Positions 27,241-41,319 are shown, counted from the stretch's first letter. The stretch: DNA of 64,000 bases from Chrysomallon squamiferum (GCA_012295275.1 CM022674.1:9114001-9178000), one strand, 5' to 3'. Numbers and translations are program-made. Notes: generated by a model from the letters alone, not told the origin.

Positions 27241-29411
27241 AAATAACGTGTGTTGTAACCTATCTCTTCTTCTTTGGTTAATGGCCTTTCCAATAATTAT
27301 GTTTTTGAATTTTTCTTTACTAATCTATTTATAAAATAATAATAATAATAATAAAAATAATAGTTGTTGTTGTTAACGTCATCATTGTTGTTATTAGTAT
27401 TACTTTATTTCATTAATATTTTTAACTCATTAATAATTTAAATTAATTATATAGTTTTAGCAGAAAAAAGTTTTTTCTTTTCCTTTACAGCTTTCCCCCT
27501 ACATCACAATAGGAAGAAGAATAAGAAAACAGTGACTGCGTTGTGGGTATGTGTGTATGTATAAATGTGACAGGACAACATATACCAGCAACTGATAGAG
27601 CTATAAAAGAGATTGGAGATGAAAGAAGAAGACATGTAAGTGAAGTGTCATGTCACATGCCCAGGGCTTCCACTCTGACACAAGAGCTCATTGATACTTT
27701 TTATTATCACTTTTAAGACATCAGTAGTGTGTAGGTGTTTACAAAACCCTTGAGGATTCTAAAGCGCACTGCAGATCAAATCAAGCCATTTTTCTAATGC
27801 AGTTTTTACATGTGCACAACTGATAATAACAACTGCTTTTTAGCATAATGTGATAAAAGATAATAAAGCTGACAGACTTGTTCAATATGCAAAATCTATG
27901 ATCATTTATCAAAATATATCCAGGACACAGTGACCGGACTTCACCCATTTTTAAAAGATCAGATTTCTGAACACTCTTGCTCTTTTTTTATTATTTTTAT
28001 TTATTATCTTTGTTTTTACCTACTTCAACTGACTTTAAAAAGATCATATTCCTGTAGAACAAATTTTTGTATTTATTTTTAACAGTAATTGTTTATTGCA
28101 GCTATTCATGTAAAAAGAATTAAAACAATTTTTTTCTTCTTCAATTTTTTTATGCCTTTTTTTTAAAAAAAAGGTGTGTATATATATATTATATATTTCT
28201 TTTCAATTTAAAAAAAACACATTTTCTTTTGGTACATTTCTGAACTTATAATGTTTATTCTCGTTTTGTCTTTTTTGTTGTTAAATTGATTAAAAATAGT
28301 GTGACTTCCTATAAAAAGATGAAAAGTTTTGTGAATTTTAAATTCTTTAATTTAGTACACTATCACCAGTTTTTTCAACACACCTGTCTAAAGTTTATTC
28401 AGATGAACAATAAAACTTTGCATAACCCACCTACTGTCAAAACAAACAGTGTTTAATATCATTTCTACTTATTGAACTTATTAGAGACATGCACATTAGC
28501 TGAGTGCTACAGCACTGGTACATGGTCGATGTGCCTGAGTGAACCCAATGGCTGTATATCTTGTGACAAACAGCACGTAAAACATATCTTGCTGTTATTA
28601 TTCAGAATAGCCTAGGCTAGAGAATAACATGTCGTCCTTTTAAGTCACAGATGATGTCTTAGAAAATGGTAAATAGTGTTTGCTGCAGCTGCTTTTTATT
28701 AAAGATTTTTTTTTTTCAAATTAATTCAATTCAGCACTTGGATGTGTTGAAAATGTTTCATATAGTATACTTCTGAGATTGAGTGTGAATTTTTATATAT
28801 TTAACTGTTATATATTTGAAAATATAGATGTATATTTCTGTGGATTCTGTATTTGTATATGTCTGAGTTTTGATAAATAGAAATTATCTATTGTGTGAGA
28901 GTGAGACTTTGGCTTTAGCTAAGAATATATCTGACTATCTGTCTGTCTATATAAATATAAGTATTTTACAGCTGAACAAGTGAATATGTGTGCAAATGTC
29001 TATAAGATATTAGTATGTATCTTTGTTGTTTTCTTCATTCATAATTAGCAATAACATGGCCAAAAAAAAGGAAAACAGAGACATTGCAAACAAATAAATA
29101 ATTAATATGTTATGTGACATTGTCTATTTCCTGAAAACTATAAATAATAAGAGGTCCCCAACCTCTATATGAAGCTGTGTGTGTGTGTGTGTGTGTGTGT
29201 GAAACATATTTTATTGTTATATATGCAACAAATTTTAAATCATATTTCTTAATAAATATTATTTTAATAACAAAATCCCCCCACAAATCTGATGTATATA
29301 TAAATTTGCTGAATACAGTTTTTAATTAGCAACTGTTAACAATATATATAGAGAAGATATGAAATGAATAGACATTCTAGTATGAAAGAGATAACATACA
29401 AAAGAGTTTTT

Positions 29412-29445
<34 letters not shown>

Positions 29446-29451
29446 TGATCA

Positions 29452-29591
29452 AGACAATAAAATGTGAGTTATTTTAACAGCCATGTTAAACTAAATTTAG
29501 AACTAATTTGTTATTTTAATATGCTTTCTATGATGATAAACAATTGACGATAAGTGTAGATACTTTTACAGTTAAAAATTCACTGAACCAT
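29452..29591 (+). repeat. Copy 2 of the ~130-bp dispersed direct repeat
   Basis: Same collinear blocks as 27110-27240. Confidence 0.85.
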
Positions 29592-29790
29592 GACTTACTT
29601 CTGAGTTGTTATCTTTTAATTCTTGGGTCAGATAACATGATGAAGGATAAAGTTATTATTGTTAATTTTTTAAGAGACAAGGAAATAAAAAATTATCTTG
29701 ATTTAAGAGGCAAAAATGTGTCCACTAATGCAAAAAGTACATTATAACAGAACTGTTTTTGAATCATAACATTTGATAATGATAAAATGT

Positions 29791-29815
29791 ACTCACCTAT
29801 ATTAAAATAAAATAT
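29791..29815 (-). other. Recursive-splice-site-like motif ATATTTTATTTTAATATAG|GTGAGT (junction 29797/29796)
   Basis: T-rich tract plus TAG immediately followed by a consensus donor, on the gene strand. Confidence 0.35.
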
Positions 29816-30524
29816 GTTTAATTTGTGGAAAAGTCAATTGCTGTGATGTTTAATGTTGTAAAGAACAAATTGATACATTCTAGTGTGAAATTTTAATGTA
29901 CAGAAGACGTGCAACATGGTGGCTGTTGTGTTGAAGTTGGACGTTTATACTAAAACTGACAATTAAAATGAACAAAACCCTCACAAGAGAGTATCAGATC
30001 CTGTAGGCCCACTTTAAGATTTATTTTCATATTAAAATAAAAAACATTTATATATATATATATATATAAATATTATTTTTATATATGTATATATTATAAC
30101 CAAACTAAATAATATTATAACAGAGAGACTAATTAATAAATAATTAACACTTTAGTTCCATAATACTTTGATTTTTAAAACTTGAACTGATGAAACAAGT
30201 TAATACACATGAGTATATGCATAACAAGCAACAAAATATCAATTTTAATTGTAATGACTAGAAAATATGTGACATCATTTTCTGTCATAATTTAATGAAT
30301 ATGTCAAACTGTAAAATTGTGTGTACACATTAGTTATAATAAGAGACATAGTGAGCCAGAAGACAGACAGTCAGACCCATGGATGAGTAGATAACAGACA
30401 GATGAACAGTAATAATGCGGCACCTTAACAATAAACATAATAATATGAGTTAGTCTATTAACAGAAACTGGACATGTTCAAAACCATTTCACTACTGTTT
30501 ACATATATTAAATTCAACAGAGTC

Positions 30525-30835
30525 ATAACTATATACACCATATCAATTTTTTTTTTAACATAATACTATACACCACATCACGTTTTTTAACATAACATAC
30601 ACCACATCAAGTTTTTTGACATAACTATATATATACCACATCAAGTTTTTTAACATAACGTACACCACATCAATTTTCTTTTTAACTATATATACCATAT
30701 CAAGTTTTTTTTAACATAACTATATACACCATATCAAGTTTTTAACAACAACATACACCACATCAATTTTCTTTGTAACATAACTATATGTACCATATCA
30801 AGTTTTTTTAACATAACAACACACACCAAATCAAG
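30525..30835. repeat. Minisatellite, ~30-35-bp unit (ACATAACTATATACACCATATCAAGTTTTTTA), ~10 copies
   Basis: Visible tandem copies with variable T-run length. Confidence 0.9.
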
Positions 30836-31270
30836 TAATGGTCTGTTCACAAACTGTTATCTTCAGTAATAATCTTTGTAAGATGCAAAATCAGTGAAAT
30901 GATTACAGAATGCTGTGAAACTATTTAGTAAACCTTTCAAAACATATTTTAAAGGTAATCAGTAATGTGTTTTTACATTTTATAACCATTATAAAAATGT
31001 TTGATTAATAGTTTTTCTGAAATGTTTTAATTATTATAAATGAAAGAACAATAATGCAAGTTCTATATTTATATATACATATACACACAGATATAAATAT
31101 AGATATATTAAAAATGACAAAACATATTTTACCCCAAAAAAGTCCCACTAATGTAGGTCATTCATGAATTCTACTCCATCCATTGCTATGGGCCACACAC
31201 CAAAAATTTGTGATTTTTGCTTTTTAAATTATTTTTTTCCCATGTAGTTTTTTTAAAAATTATTATTGTA

Positions 31271-31271
<1 letters not shown>

Positions 31272-31321
<50 letters not shown>
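31272..31321. repeat. (ATT)n microsatellite
   Basis: Directly visible. Confidence 0.95.
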
Positions 31322-31398
31322 TTGCTATAGTTACAAATTAACAATAACTTCAAATTATTTTTTAATTTTAAAAATTTTTAAACTAATTTTAAACTTAC

Positions 31399-31442
31399 CT
31401 TTATGAGTTATCAACAGAAAGTGTAACTGAGGCAAATCCACC
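31399..31442 (-). other. Candidate 44-nt cassette or non-coding exon with an in-frame stop (GGFASVTLSVDNS*)
   Basis: GTACTTTTCAG| acceptor, AAG|GTAAGT donor, at the edge of a GC-richer island. Confidence 0.3.
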
Positions 31443-33016
31443 CTGAAAAGTACATCCAGATACTATACAAATGTGCCAGGCTTAGCTACTGGACCAAGAA
31501 ATAACCAAGTGGGTCCAATGAGGCGGATCTCTTTTATGACCCATCATGCCTAGGTTTGGCTACATCTCACCTGTAAGCACACTAAGGTCACACAAACAAG
31601 GGTATGGAGTATTTTTATTGTCAGGCTTGGTGATTTACAGCTGGTAAGTTCAAAGTTCACATTCCTACCAGCACACATCTTTAGATCAATAGAAAATGTG
31701 TGAAGTGGTTTTTTTTTAAACGAATTCTTCAAAACAAGTTTTGCATCAACATTTGTTGTAAATAAGCAAAAAAAACCAAACAAATCTAAACATTTAAACA
31801 ACACAAAATTATTATTTACCTCTTAATTCTATGGCTGTAAGTGTAACTTCATTTCTTTCTTTTTTGCATTTTGTATAATATTATCTCTCTTTTCTACATT
31901 ACTATGTACAACATTATTTTTAATTTTTTCTACTTTATTATGTATAACTTAATTTCTATGATTTCTATATTTTGTGTAACTTTATTATGACTTCTATATT
32001 TTGTACATTTTTGTCTGTTTTTTTCTATGTTATATAATTCTATTGCATATAAAACAACAATAATAAACATAATTTGTCTATCTCAGAACTAATATATTCA
32101 GAAAACTCAGTTCAGTGCAAAAAATTATTACTAGAAAAGAGAATGAATTAAAAAGAAATCATAAAACATTTTCTATTCACATTTTATTAAGATTTTATAT
32201 ATATTATTATATAAATTTGTTCTTTTTTAAAAAGAACTGAAAAATTCATTTCTATACTAATTACAGATACATAACACATATGTATTTTTATTCCAGGTGC
32301 AATTACATTACATATTAGATAAAGAATAAATTATTGACAATGAATACATTAGTTTTAAATATAACAGAATCTAACTGTCAGGAATCTTTTATGTTTCTAA
32401 ATGTATCAAGTTGTTTCTTAGTTTGTTTTCAAGTTTACGTTTTACTCTAGTGTATATACAATTAGTGTTTCTAAGTGTATCAAGTCTGTCTCTTAATCTC
32501 ATTTATAGTCTCTCTGCTATAGTAATTCTTAATGTATAAAGAGACTGTGTTTCCTAAATTTTGTATTTCTACATGTTGAAAGTGAAGCTTCAGGGTTAAC
32601 AGCTGAAAAAGAGTGATAGCTAAATAAGGAAAAAAATGATGTGACATAAGTTTGTAATAACTGCAGGTATATGTAAAATGTTCACATTATTTAGCTGTTG
32701 TTTATAGATACTGAAATGCCATCATTACTACAGCAAGTCAGTGTACATAAAAATAACCAAACATTATTTTTTGAATTACCAAATGCAATGAAGAAAGGCA
32801 GTGCTTCTGTTGATTTGATTAGCCAGTTTGGGCTAACATTAGCCAATGACTGCTTTGGCCATTTCCAGTGGTAGGCTCTGATTGTAATGATATTAAAAAC
32901 TGAACAGAATTTTCTTAATATCAATTAGCCACAGAGCAGTAAATTTAAATTTATTATTAACAAATGTATAAATAAAATGTAATTGGAAGAATCTGTTTAC
33001 TTGTATGTATGTATGT

Positions 33017-33051
<35 letters not shown>

Positions 33052-34083
33052 CACACACCAAAAAAAATATTATAATCTAATTGTTTCAATAAAAAAAACT
33101 GTGTTTAAAACAATAACTTTTTTTTATTTTTTTATATGATCAATTAAAAATTATAAGAATTTTTAAATTCTTTTGCAAAATGTAAATGTTACTATATTTT
33201 TATCAGTGACAGAAAAGAAAAAAAGAAATAAAGTATTACAGGCCTTTAGAATTAGATTGACAAATGTGGTGAAAAGAACAACAACAACAAAAAAAAAAAA
33301 AATTAAAAGAACAGTTTTCAATTAAAAATTTAAATAAAAATACTATGGGTATTTTAAATGGTAATTTAAAAACATGAATATTTATTTTCAGAATTCTATA
33401 AAATAAGGCTGAAAAAAAAGAGAAGTAAATTTATTTAAGTATGATAATAAAGTGGGTGTGAAAAGTGGGTGTCATTGTGTGCATCTCTGTTGTATGTCAT
33501 GTCATTCACACTGACCAGTCACCATGGCGTCATTTTTAAACTGAATTTAAAAATCACAAAATTCAGTCAATATTTTATCATCCAACATTCTGAGTCAGTG
33601 ATGAAAATAACTAAAGAACAGAAAGTGAAAAATGATCACCATAATCATGTTTCATACTGTGATTAACATTTGCTTAACTGGCAGATTTCAAGTTTTCTAG
33701 ATTAAACAACTTCAGCTTAATCATAACAAAATAAACAGTTTTCAGAAAAATGTGATTTACCACAATCTATGTATTACTTATCATCAAAATAAACATGATT
33801 ATATAACACAGTAAACTTGCTAACTTTCAGTCAGTGAATTCAATGTCAGTAACATAAAGAATAAAGAGCCAAAGAAATATTACCCACTACTCAAAACACA
33901 AAATTAATACTAATAAAACAAAACAGTCATTCACACAGAGACACAGCTACAAATGCAAAAACACAAATATATACACAAACACATACATAAATACACAAAT
34001 ACACATAAGAAACATATTCACAGAAACACACACACATATACTGACACAGCTAAAGCCATACTTATCTCTTCTGTAGAAAGTGC

Positions 34084-34088
<5 letters not shown>

Positions 34089-34178
<90 letters not shown>
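34089..34178. repeat. (CT)~40 followed by (CA)n microsatellite
   Basis: Directly visible. Confidence 0.95.
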
Positions 34179-35427
34179 AACACAAATTCTTTTTGACCGA
34201 TTTTATCTCATATTTAAAACTGATTTACCAAATATAAAACACACACACACACACATTTTTTATTATTATTATTATAATTTTTTAAATATAATCTCAGTAT
34301 AAAACTTGATATTACAACAGTTAAAAAGTATATTTGTTTTTAATGTATCTGTGATCATATCACAAAGATACATTAGTCATATAACAAATATATCTCTTGT
34401 CACATAAATGTTCTAATTAAATTTTTTAACTTTTACTCTAAAAAAAAAGTTAAACAGACATAAACGTAGATGTTACATTTTTCACAGTGACTTTAATGGT
34501 TAAATGATATTAGTGATTTTATTTTTTCTTATTTGCAAGACACAGTATTTTACAAAATATTCAACTATTATTTATTTATTTTGTTTTTAATTATTTATTT
34601 TATGATGAATTTTAGACCAGTCTATAATTATTCTTTTTATACTTTCTCTCCCAATGATAACAACACCCTCAAAACCCCCTTATTTACAAATATATAAAAT
34701 ATAAATTAATAAAAAAAACTAACTGACAAAAAAACAGCAAAAAACAACAACAAAAAAAGCCTCCCATTTTTTAAAAACATTATTATTATAGAGATGAATA
34801 AAAAATAATGATAATAATTTTTTTCTTTAAATCTCATTGTTTGTATTTTCGTATTCGTTTGTTTGCAGATAAAAAAAATCAAATACCTTTGATAACATCT
34901 TTAAAAAAGATAATAGAATAGGCACAAAATAAAGCAAACACCATAGAAACATGCATTCAGACAAAGACACACAACTAAAAAGTCTGATTCAAGACAAAGC
35001 ATTCTGATCTTTAGAAAAGTTTTTTAATATTTACAGTTGTACTTTTATAAAAATTCAAACTAATGTCAGTTAAACATAGAATTGTAATTTAGACTGAGAA
35101 ATAAGCACAGTACTTCTTTTTTTTCTTTACTTTACATATAATTAAAAAAAAAAAATTGGTTTTAATGAGTGTGCTATTTATATAGAGCCTCTTTTTATGG
35201 TGCAGTTAAAAGAATCATCTGTATTGTTTTACAAGCACAAATTGGGTTTGTGGGCGACTCAAAAAATTATCTTCGTATTAATCTGGCTATATTAATAATA
35301 ACAGCTATATGTGTGTAAAAATCAGTTCAGAAGACATAAATATTAGATATTATTAAACTGATTTGTCAGAAATAAAGATATATTTGATGTAATATATACA
35401 GACTGAGGTGTCATTAAAACTGAACAG

Positions 35428-35597
35428 AGTGTATATGTGTATATGTATGTATGTGTGTGGGTATGTATGTGTGAATGTGTGTATGTATATTTGTGTATAT
35501 GTGAATATATATATGTGTGTATATATGTATGTGAGTGTGTATGCATGTTTGTATATATGTGAAAGTGTACTTGTTTATGCAGTCATACGTGTGTGTG

Positions 35598-35651
<54 letters not shown>

Positions 35652-35662
35652 GGTGTGTGTGT
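35428..35662. repeat. Degenerate (GT/AT)n low-complexity tract ending in (GT)n
   Basis: Directly visible. It explains three overlapping ORFs. Confidence 0.9.
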
Positions 35663-35734
35663 CAGTTTATGAAAAATAAGATAGCAGTGAGTGTGAGCTA
35701 GAAGACAGCTGATACTCACAGCACAGACAAGTGT

Positions 35735-35744
35735 CTGACGTCAG
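35735..35744. promoter_or_regulatory. Full CRE palindrome C-TGACGTCA-G
   Basis: Exact motif with an intact CpG in a CpG-depleted background. Confidence 0.3.
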
Positions 35745-38700
35745 GTATTTCATCAATGACATGAACACAATAAATAATTAGTATCAAATTACATGTATCG
35801 TTATACATTTAAATTACATTTCTCTCCAATGTCCTATGTACAGTGAATTAAGGTTTTTTTTCCTGTACTCTCACTAGAGAAGAAAGTTGATAAGAAACCT
35901 GTGGGGAGTTGCTTGATTCATGACAACACTGTGTATCTCTCCTAACTACTTCATCTTCATGTTCAGTTTCACCGTTATCAGTTTTTTTTTAAACATTAAT
36001 TTGAAAAATCATCCCAAATATGTAATGTTATTATCAGATTATAACAATTTGTGTTGCTTTATTTAAAAAAAAAAAAAAAAAAAAAAAATATGATCAAACC
36101 ATAAAATGTTAATTACTTCCAGTAATACAAAATCTTAAGAAAGTTATTTTTAATGATTGACATTATGTTTTTTCTTTGACAAATTTAATGTCAGAGATCA
36201 TCTATTAGATGTTTAAATAATTTTCATTACTAAACTAAATAATACAGAGTCCAGTTTTATACATAATGAAAACACAATTGTTTTGTTGCTGGTTAAACAA
36301 CTGAAAACATGCTTTATATACATGAGAAATACAGTGTGAACACCAAATATGCACAGTGTTTTAATTAATTATCTATTTCTATTTAGTTTAAATATGATTT
36401 AGATGTTTTATTTTTTAAATACGTAATAAACATGAATTACATATTTAAAACTTCATAACAAAAATTAAATCTATTTATTACAAATGACTTCAAATCTATT
36501 ATGATCATAATTTAAAACAATTTTGATATTTTTTTATTTAAAAACTATATATAAATATAGATAGATAGATATTATTTTTATAAAAGCAGTAAACACTGAA
36601 TAAATTATTGGTGTTAAAAATGAATATGTAGTTCTGATAATAAATGTCACATTAACATGGTGCTTGTTCTTTGCCACAGTGTCAATTTAAGTTGAGAGAG
36701 CGTAAAGCCATCATTCATGTTGACCACTCAGTCAATTTAATATTTACATCAACCATAGCAGCTTTAATTTTTTTTATATTCTATTTTTTATAAAAATGTT
36801 TTTACCTTTTTAATTAATTTTAATATAATTTTTAAGTCATATACATATTTTAAATTATATTTTTAAATATATCTTTTTATATTATAATTTGCTGTTATTT
36901 TTATGTAATACAAATTAATATTTACACATTTTAATTTTTTTTTTAAATAATTTTATTTGCAATTTATAAACAATTTTTTTTAATAAAAACTATTTCCATT
37001 TTTAGCTAACATTTTGTTAGAACATTTACAAACAAATATATTGACTAATAATTAAATATTAATGTATATAGATTAATCCTGAGAAATTATTGTTTGAAAC
37101 AACATACTTTAAAAAAAAGGGTTTTTGTTTAATTTATTTTTGTATATAATAATTTAATATTTTCTTAAATAATAAATGTTATTTATTTTATAAAGCCAAA
37201 ATAACAGCTTCTGATATATATTTACATCATATAGTTTATAAATCAATAAAAATAAATATGTTTTTTAAACTCTGTTTTTATTGTCTGTACTTTTCTAACA
37301 TCTGGTTAACTACAACATTTCTTAATATTAATTACAAATGTAGAGATCCCTCAATACCTATCAAAAATTATCAGCTCTCTTTAGAACTATTGCCATTCTG
37401 AAATCTATCAAAATTCTGTAAACATTTTTCACAGATCTACTGGAAACTGTAATTAAACAAAGATATTAAATTTAATCTATGAGAATGAAGATCAAAAGAA
37501 CTCAAATTTTCTTTTTCACATTTATTGTAAAAAATATTAATTACTATTGATAGCAAGACTTATATAAATCCAAAAAACAACAACAGATTACTAACTACCA
37601 CACGTACCTGATATTAGGTTTGAATCAGCAGATATGAAAGATAATCAAAATGATCTATTGTGTTTACCTCACAAAAACAATGTCTAAAATAATATACTTT
37701 AATACATTTTTTTTATAGAATACTGGCTGGAATGAATGAACTAAGGACAATGAAGAGACTGAATCCTGTCATCTGGTGTGCCTTAGGCCTGACTTAACTT
37801 TAACTTATAGCCGTTAAGAATAAATTAGGTGAATTGAGGTAACAATTAGACTGACTGAGAGATACTTTTTCACTGACACAAGAACACTGCAACATTATCA
37901 CTGACAACCATTTATAAAATATTTATTATTACCAAGTGATGTTTTTTCTTCAAATCATGTTTGCCTCTGTTTTAATTACAGATGGACAAAACAAGAAGAT
38001 AAATTGAAAATGAAACTCATCACCCACATACAGACTGAAATTCCAATTCTATAATTTAAAAATCCAATTATTATCAAGTTGTTTGAAAACAAGTTATATT
38101 TTAACTACATTTATTTTATTTTATGCCATGATTATTTACTGTTGAACACTTATAATTCATTTTTCCTTTATTTATTTATTTATTTATTTTTATTATTATT
38201 ATTATAATTTTTTTTTAAATCATGAAGAACAAATTACATCAACTGACTGGGTCTGCATCAGTGTAATGTCCTATCACTATCAGCTGAGCAAATTAGGCAA
38301 TGAGGATGAGCAACTCAATCAATCAGTTGTGACCCACATTGAGCAGATGACATGCCCCCCAATACAACTCATCAACATCACATAAATCTAGACTTGCTCA
38401 AGTTTTTTTTTACATTTTTATTTTTATTTTATGCTCAATAAAACATAACATGCATTGATTACTGGTGGTCATAAATTTGCCCAGTGAAAAAGAATATTCA
38501 AATTAAGAAAATGCTTATTTAAAATAAAAGGAAAAATATATTAAAACATAGCATCAGCAAAATAATAATAATTATTATAATATCAATAATAAAATGAAAT
38601 TTGGAAAAACAAAGAAATTGTTATAGAATGTTATTTTAATTTTTGAAGTTTTTATTTTATTTTTTTAATTAAAAATAATTTGTTAAAAATAATAATAAAA

Positions 38701-39689
38701 TTAATTCATATTTGCATGAGAGTGTTTGTGTATATTTTTATATACATGTACATGCATACATACACATACACAAACAAACCCATAGATAAAATCTAGTTGA
38801 CAAATACAGTACATAGGTAACTTGCTATTTTGTACATTGTATTCAAACTGAATGCATGCTTCTGTCATGTATGCCAATGTTCTTCTATAGCTCTTTAATA
38901 ATTTAGGTTGTTGACACAGTGTTATGGGTGATGGAAATATCTGTTCAACTATTTTGCTGTATTGCATGGTTTGGATAACAACAGTAATATGTGAGGTTAC
39001 AGGTTCATTTTCATTTCCCATTGCAACCTGTGCATTCAAAGTATAGCACCAAGTGTCTTTTCTATTTCTGTGGGTTCCTTTTACCTTTCACTTCTTTAAT
39101 GAAGCAATGAAACCACCAAAAACTGTGTCAGTGTCAATTTTTTAAATTTATTTATTTATTTATATTTTCATTTTTTTTTTTTTTTTTTTTGCATAAAAAT
39201 AAATCAATCTTAATTGATGGACTTAATAGTAAAAATACTATCTCTGTTTATAATTATTCTAATCTCAGACATAAGTTTTATTATTATCTTTCTAAATTAT
39301 TGAAATTGTTATCTATACTCCCTTCTGAAAGAAAACATTTCTAATTAGTTTACATTGTTAAACAAACAAACAAACAAAAATAAAAATAAAATAAAATAAA
39401 ATAAAACAAAACAAAACAATAACAAAAAAATATATATTTATATAATAGAACAGAGGTCAAAAACAAAAAAGAATTAAAACGTTTAAAAATTATCTTTTTA
39501 AAGCACAAACTAACACATTATTAAACTATATAATATAGTGTGTTTTCAAAATTAGATATAAAAAGAAAGTAATAATAAAAGAAAATAAAATTAATATTTA
39601 TTTTCAGTAAAATATGAAACTACATAATACATTATAATAATAATAAAATTCTTATTCTGAAGACTAAAACAGAAAAGAGTATTGCTGTT

Positions 39690-40110
39690 TCACTGTCACA
39701 AATACACTATTGGCAGTAGAATTTTAAAATCTTTGGAAGGACAAACTTATATATAAAAAAATTCACTAATACACTAATAAGTAGTTGTAAATCTATGGAA
39801 GTATTAATATATCTTGAAAAAAAGAATAATATAGCCAGTTATTATAAATATTTGCAGATTAGTAGAAATAGGTATATATATATAATTTTTTTTTACGTTA
39901 TTGCATCTACATTATTGGTGTAAATATTTTCAATCTCTGGAAATATATATATATGTTTTTAAAAATCACATATACTTCTGTTAGCATCAACATTTTCAAA
40001 AATATATTTTTAAATCTCACAAATGCACTATTAGTATAAGTATAATCAAATCTCTGAAAGCATATATTTAAAAGTCATCTTTAAAAGGTTATTAGTAAGT
40101 CTAAGTATTT
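39690..40110. repeat. Degenerate ~45-55-bp tandem repeat (CACTATT.GT..TAAAT...AAATCTCTGGAA)
   Basis: Recurrent motif, heavily diverged. Confidence 0.4.
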
Positions 40111-41081
40111 TCTCTGTGTGTTGATAGGCGTTGATGACACACAATAAAGTCAAGGGTAATGAAGTGAACAAAGCAGATTCAGGTCAGAGATGCAATCACA
40201 CTAATGTCGTAATTCTAGGCGTTGGTAGCAAAGCTATTGGAACTGTGCAAAGATCACGCAGCTGTAATGTCATACTCTGTTAAAAATTAAATCTGTGGCC
40301 TGAAGGAATCCTGACCATGCTGTGATTCCTTTTACATGCAAATCAGCATAAATATGAATTTTACAATATTAAAAAATATGGTATTAGTAATACTGAGGTA
40401 ACAAAATTTTCATTTAGTCTCATAGTTAAATAAAAAAAATAAATTAAATAATAATGAAAATAATGAAAAATTCAGTATACAAGAAAAGAAATAAAGATGC
40501 CACTTAATAAAAAGTGAAAAGGGAGAAAAATTATCAATGTTTAGTTTGTTTTTAAAAATAAGATATGTTCACTAATTAAAAAGTCTTATAGCATTATTAA
40601 ATGTTTATCAGAAAGATAAAAGTAGCATATATTTCTAACTATTAAAGTAGGTATGTCAAAATAATCTTTACTTCCACACTTTCAAAATAAAATAGTGCAC
40701 ACAAGTGTGTAAAAATAAAATAAATAAAATTTAAAACCGAAATTTATATTTCTAAAAATAATAATAAAATTAAATTTTAATCGTAACTAATATTTATTAT
40801 TAACAGTTTTATGTTGATAGTGTTGTTTAAACTAAGAAATAAGTATCTGCACAGATTTCAAATTAATAACTGATTATAATTACTGGATGAAAATAAAACT
40901 TAAACAAATTTATTAAAATATGTTTTTGAGCTATTGATATTTAATTACATTTTTTATAATATTTTATATCTTAATTCACTTTTGATTCTGATAATTGAAA
41001 AGATAGTGCCATCTGTCTTCTTTTCTCTTTTTATTAAGAATAAATGACATCTTAAAAGTTGCTAGGTAACCAAAACTATAC

Positions 41082-41089
41082 GTGTGTGT

Positions 41090-41128
<39 letters not shown>

Positions 41129-41319
41129 TGATACCTAATAAGTCTCTGATAAATGTTTTTGGATGTATTTAGGCATTAAATGAATTACTGGCTTTTTCTT
41201 TTCAATTTGAAAAAAAAAAAAAAAAAGAATGTCGGTGTTTATGTATGTGTGTGCATATAAAATGTTGGTTTCAAAAAAACAACAACAAACATTTTAAGGG
41301 TATTCCCTGTTCATTGCAA

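Noticed and set aside
27270-27290. Partial matches to miR-9 (TCTTTGGTTA), and to miR-33 at ~49907 and miR-2 at ~53053
   Set aside because: Only 9-10 nt match, the rest of each mature sequence differs, and no precursor hairpin is visible.
33947-35719. ORFs with RE, SL, HT and VC dipeptide runs
   Set aside because: Microsatellite translations. The same applies at 1692, 6289, 9599, 20174, 22630, 23479 and 42848.
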